A stretch of DNA of 10,684 nucleotides from Methanoregula sp. Lineage in GTDB: Archaea; Halobacteriota; Methanomicrobia; Methanomicrobiales; Methanospirillaceae. This document shows, in pieces, positions 7,703 through 10,684 of the stretch. Location: assembly GCA_039698055.1 (NCBI GenBank), contig JBDKTL010000020.1, positions 1 through 10,684 on the forward strand, in the 5' to 3' direction. Numbering within the stretch: position 1 is the first letter of the stretch; the number at the start of each line of letters is the position of its first letter. Both the position numbers and the translations under genes were made by a program. Below the pieces are notes generated by a model. The model was not told the DNA's origin and did no database searches. It saw nothing but the letters and a program-made list of their open reading frames with translations.

Positions 7703-8478
7703 TCCCGGCTCTTGAGATCAAGGAACGTGCCCGTGAGTCCGGTGTGCCACCCTCGACTATCGAGCGGGACTATGCACAGAACTGGCTCCTGTCTGCTCTT
7801 CGTTCGGTAAACATGGTATTCAAGGGAGGGACCTGCATCCGGAAAGTGTTTATCGAAAACTACCGGTTCTCCGATGACCTCGATTTTACTCTTCTTGAAC
7901 CGATCGGTGCCGATGCAATTTTTGCAGCGGTGAGCGATGCGATCGTTCGGGTCCGCGAAGAGAGCGGCATTCCTTTCGAAGACGATCCCGGATTCCGGGA
8001 AACCAAAACCGGTTTCAAGGCAACGGCCCGGTTCCGGATCCTGAACCGGGGGTCCGCATCCCCGGTTAAGATCGATCTGGATTTGACAAGCCCCGGCCAG
8101 GAGGATGTCCTTCTGCCGGTAACCAAACGCCCGGTTTTCCATCCGTATTCCGACGGGCTCCCGGCATCCGTGACTTCGTATTCTCTTGAAGAGATTATGG
8201 CGGAGAAGATTCGCTCGCTCTTCCAAAGAACCCGTTCACGCGATCTCTACGATATCGGGCAACTGGCAGATCGGGTGGACCGGCCGGTTGTGAAATCAAT
8301 TCTTTCACAGAAATGTGATACAAAAGGTGTTGTTGTTGACACAGCGATACTAGCCGGAAAACGGGAGCAGTTCAAAGCATTGTGGCAGGGTTCTTTAGGC
8401 CACCAGATGAAAGTGGTCCCGGATTTTGACGAGGCGTTTGGGAAAATGCTGGAAGAGATAGAGGGATATTCAGCGTAG
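7699..8478 (+). CDS. abiEii: Type IV toxin, AbiEii/AbiGii (DUF1814) nucleotidyltransferase
   Basis: IERDY, FKGGT...YRFSDDLDF (Pol-beta GG..DxD), and EKIRSL...RSRDLYD motifs. Translationally coupled to abiEi. Confidence 0.92.
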   Translation: MIPALEIKERARESGVPPSTIERDYAQNWLLSALRSVNMVFKGGTCIRKVFIENYRFSDDLDFTLLEPIGADAIFAAVSDAIVRVREESGIPFEDDPGFRETKTGFKATARFRILNRGSASPVKIDLDLTSPGQEDVLLPVTKRPVFHPYSDGLPASVTSYSLEEIMAEKIRSLFQRTRSRDLYDIGQLADRVDRPVVKSILSQKCDTKGVVVDTAILAGKREQFKALWQGSLGHQMKVVPDFDEAFGKMLEEIEGYSA

Positions 8479-8730
8479 AACACTGGCCAGCTTGAGCCCT
8501 TCGATGGAATCCACATCCGGCTTGTGCATCAGCCCGAGGAACTGGCGGGCATACGTGGAAAGTGATTCAACATACCGTCGCTGTCCTTCTGCATACAGGG
8601 TGTCAAACGCGAGCGTCGATTTGCCGGAGCCGGAGACCCCGGTAATCACGACAAGCTTGTCGCGGGGGATCTCCACATTGATATTTTTCAGGTTGTGCTG
8701 GCGGGCACCTTTGATGATGATGTTTTTCAT
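8470..8730 (-). pseudogene. uvrA: Truncated uvrA 5' fragment (79 UvrA codons plus 7 codons, stop inside the 3' end of abiEii)
   Basis: 90% aa identity to residues 1-79 of the full UvrA, including Walker A. Weak nucleotide similarity continues to about 8481, next to the abiEii stop. Confidence 0.9.
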
Positions 8731-8793
8731 GCTGGTGTGCTCAGAGAATCAGCTCCGGTAGTTAAAGGAGTTCAGTCCGGGCATGAAAGTGAA
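8494..8793 (-). repeat. Copy 2 of the uvrA promoter and 5'-end direct repeat
   Basis: See copy 1. TTAAAGGAGTTCA is at 8762-8774 (same 32-nt offset from the ATG as copy 1) and GGGCATGAAAGTGAA is at 8779-8793. Confidence 0.95.
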
Positions 8794-8839
8794 CAATATG
8801 CAACTCTCAGAGAACGGTCCTTATCAAACTCATGATTAA

Positions 8840-9424
8840 CTAATAGTTATTTAAAAAAAATGTCCTGATCATGACGATCTTATAATTAATATGCATTTCT
8901 TTTTGATTATTTTTTATCCGTTTTCTTTGTTCTTCAGGACAATTTGGGTCATATTTTATTAGGTATTCAAAAAGATCAAGAATTAAATGACACTCCTCGT
9001 ACGATTTAATCAGTTCTGGAAATGTCACATTTACTCCAGTTTCATGAGCGACTAATTGACGATTTTCTTGTAGATTGTTGTATATTTGAAATATTCTCGC
9101 TATTTTCCTATTTTCTTTCATTTTATCGAATTTTTCTCGATGGCATTTACCAAAAAAATTAATGAAATCTCCAAGATCCGAGGTTTTATATCTTTTTAGA
9201 AATTTATCAACAGATGATTGAAAATATTGATTTTCAACATTTTGACAATTTTTGCAATTTATATGTTTTTTGGCAATTTTATTGAATTCCTTCTCAAAAC
9301 AATTGATTATCAAAACTAGAAGATAAGAAACAAGATAATTTTCAATTTTTGTTCCGAAGGTGTTAGTATTCTTTAGATGATTGCCACAGTCTTTTATTGC
9401 ATTATCAATTTCAATATTTTTCAT
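8840..9424 (-). CDS. HEPN-domain protein (RiboL-PSP/MAE_28990-like), putative RNase effector
   Basis: Rx4H motif (ENRQLVAH) and an N-terminal hydrophobic helix ending in FE (YLLVLIINCFE). Starts 3 nt after the DUF262 stop. Confidence 0.72.
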   Translation of the reverse strand: MKNIEIDNAIKDCGNHLKNTNTFGTKIENYLVSYLLVLIINCFEKEFNKIAKKHINCKNCQNVENQYFQSSVDKFLKRYKTSDLGDFINFFGKCHREKFDKMKENRKIARIFQIYNNLQENRQLVAHETGVNVTFPELIKSYEECHLILDLFEYLIKYDPNCPEEQRKRIKNNQKEMHINYKIVMIRTFFLNNY

Positions 9425-9427
9425 GGT

Positions 9428-10504
9428 TCATGTGAATAATTGTTTTTTCGCTTCGGAAAATCTACTCTGAACAATTTTTACATCCGTTGTTGCATTTCTG
9501 CAATATCCATAAAATATAGTATCTTGTTTTAGATTCTGATATTTGTCTTTAATATCATGATTTATCGAACTAAGATTATGAGCAAAATTGTACATTACTG
9601 AGTCAAAAAATCCTGGATTAAGTCCAGAAACAATATGAAATGGTTTTGGACCTAATATAGTATCGACTTTTTCGCAAGTATCTCTAAAAATTTTTTCCGA
9701 ATTTTCGATAAAATCACGAGATGCGTTCTGGTGTTTTGCCATGAACGTATTCATAAATTCTTTAAGCGGTTTCTCATAATTATCATACTCATAATAAAAC
9801 GCGAAAAAACGAAGAATAAATTCGATATCTCTCTGTCTTCCATCTACAACAGGTTTCCCAACGATGCGCCTCCAATGAGGATCATTATTTAATTTTTTCA
9901 TCAATTCATTAAAGGAACCATGATAAATACTATTTCTTATCTCTTGATTTGTGAGAGAGGTTCCACCTGTATTTAATCTCTCAAAAATGTGATAGATACT
10001 CGTCGCATCTTTTGGATCATGCTGTTCAACGATGAATGCTCTTAATATACGGTTAATGAATTTCTCTTTATCCGCATCTGTCAAATCTGCAAAAGATTTG
10101 CCAAAATATTCACTTTTTGGATTTAATTCAGTAAGACGAAAAACTTCTCTTTTCCCCTCTTTTTCATCCCCAAAATATCCGTTAATAAAGTAGTGAATTG
10201 ATTTCAATCTTTGTTGTCCATCAATGACTAAGGAATTCTGACTTTCTGGTTCAGTATAAAGAAAAATTGCTGGTACGGGGAGTCCAACTAAAAATGATTC
10301 AATTAATCTTGTTGCCTGGATTTTTTTCCAGACAAACCCTCTTTGAAAATCTGGAACAATTATTTTTTTGTTTGAGAGTTTATTATTAAGAACTTCCAGA
10401 GTAAAATCTGCCGGATATGTGAATATTCGATAATTGGGCAAAGTACTTGTATAATCTTCCATTTCTGAATTTACGTCCTCAACATCAATTCCATCATCTG
10501 TCAT
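9428..10504 (-). CDS. DUF262 (ParB/Srx-like, GmrS-type) domain protein
   Basis: VPDFQRGFVW, LIESFLVGLPVPAIFL, VIDGQQRL and IFERLNTGG motifs. ATG 10504 has an AAGGAG RBS and is preferred over 10609. Confidence 0.9.
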   Translation of the reverse strand: MTDDGIDVEDVNSEMEDYTSTLPNYRIFTYPADFTLEVLNNKLSNKKIIVPDFQRGFVWKKIQATRLIESFLVGLPVPAIFLYTEPESQNSLVIDGQQRLKSIHYFINGYFGDEKEGKREVFRLTELNPKSEYFGKSFADLTDADKEKFINRILRAFIVEQHDPKDATSIYHIFERLNTGGTSLTNQEIRNSIYHGSFNELMKKLNNDPHWRRIVGKPVVDGRQRDIEFILRFFAFYYEYDNYEKPLKEFMNTFMAKHQNASRDFIENSEKIFRDTCEKVDTILGPKPFHIVSGLNPGFFDSVMYNFAHNLSSINHDIKDKYQNLKQDTIFYGYCRNATTDVKIVQSRFSEAKKQLFT

Positions 10505-10535
10505 ATTAGACTCCTTTTTTATCCATAGGTTTTGG

Positions 10536-10545
10536 TTATAATAAA
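10536..10545 (-). promoter_or_regulatory. TATA box candidate for the DUF262-HEPN operon
   Basis: TTTATTATAA, 32-41 nt upstream of ATG 10504. The region is AT-rich, so specificity is low. Confidence 0.4.
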
Positions 10546-10684
10546 TCTTAGTTAATCTGGCTCTGTAGAATTCCTCAATGAAAATAAGGAATGACAAAGA
10601 AGAGATCAATTTTGAGATATTGTAGAGGATGATTTTGATTTTAATTTCCTTGATCTGAAGTCGGTATTTGCGGGCTTTGAGTGC

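Larger units (their letters stand above)
6651..8607. mobile_element. Putative 1957-bp integrated cassette (AbiE TA plus replacement uvrA promoter and 5' end); boundaries approximate
   Basis: Flanked by the two uvrA 5' copies, which show a reciprocal codon-style switch at about codons 41-47. No integrase or transposase inside. The boundaries are inferred. Confidence 0.5.

Noticed and set aside
6815-8226. Minus-strand ORFs 6815-7426 and 7480-8226
   Set aside because: They are antisense shadows of abiEi and abiEii, which carry the family motifs, RBS and ATGA coupling.
10505-10609. 35-aa N-terminal extension of the DUF262 ORF in the ORF track
   Set aside because: ATG 10504 has a clear AAGGAG RBS, and a TATA-like box lies within the extension.
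10620-10684. Possible third uvrA fragment or island boundary at the right edge
   Set aside because: GC rises slightly, but I see no convincing match to uvrA or to a terminal repeat in the available bases.

Overview
This looks like an archaeal window, probably from a methanogen (Methanomicrobiales-like). That assignment is inferred from TATA-type promoters, oligo-T terminators, a CCGC lipobox and a short UvrC. The left part is GC-rich core DNA on the minus strand: a small FxLYD-like lipoprotein, a family 1 encapsulin with its ferritin-like cargo (C-terminal targeting peptide), uvrC and uvrA. The right part is a small defence region directly upstream of uvrA. It holds a divergent AbiEi/AbiEii type IV toxin-antitoxin pair with a 36-bp palindromic operator, a second diverged copy of the uvrA promoter plus about 80 codons, and an AT-rich DUF262 + HEPN operon. 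The most striking observation is that the two uvrA 5' ends (1957 bp apart) appear to be reciprocal chimeras that swap codon style near codon 41. This is what a single-crossover integration of an integrase-free, roughly 2-kb circle would leave if it carried the TA pair plus a replacement uvrA promoter and 5' end. All counts are hand counts and no database searches were run.
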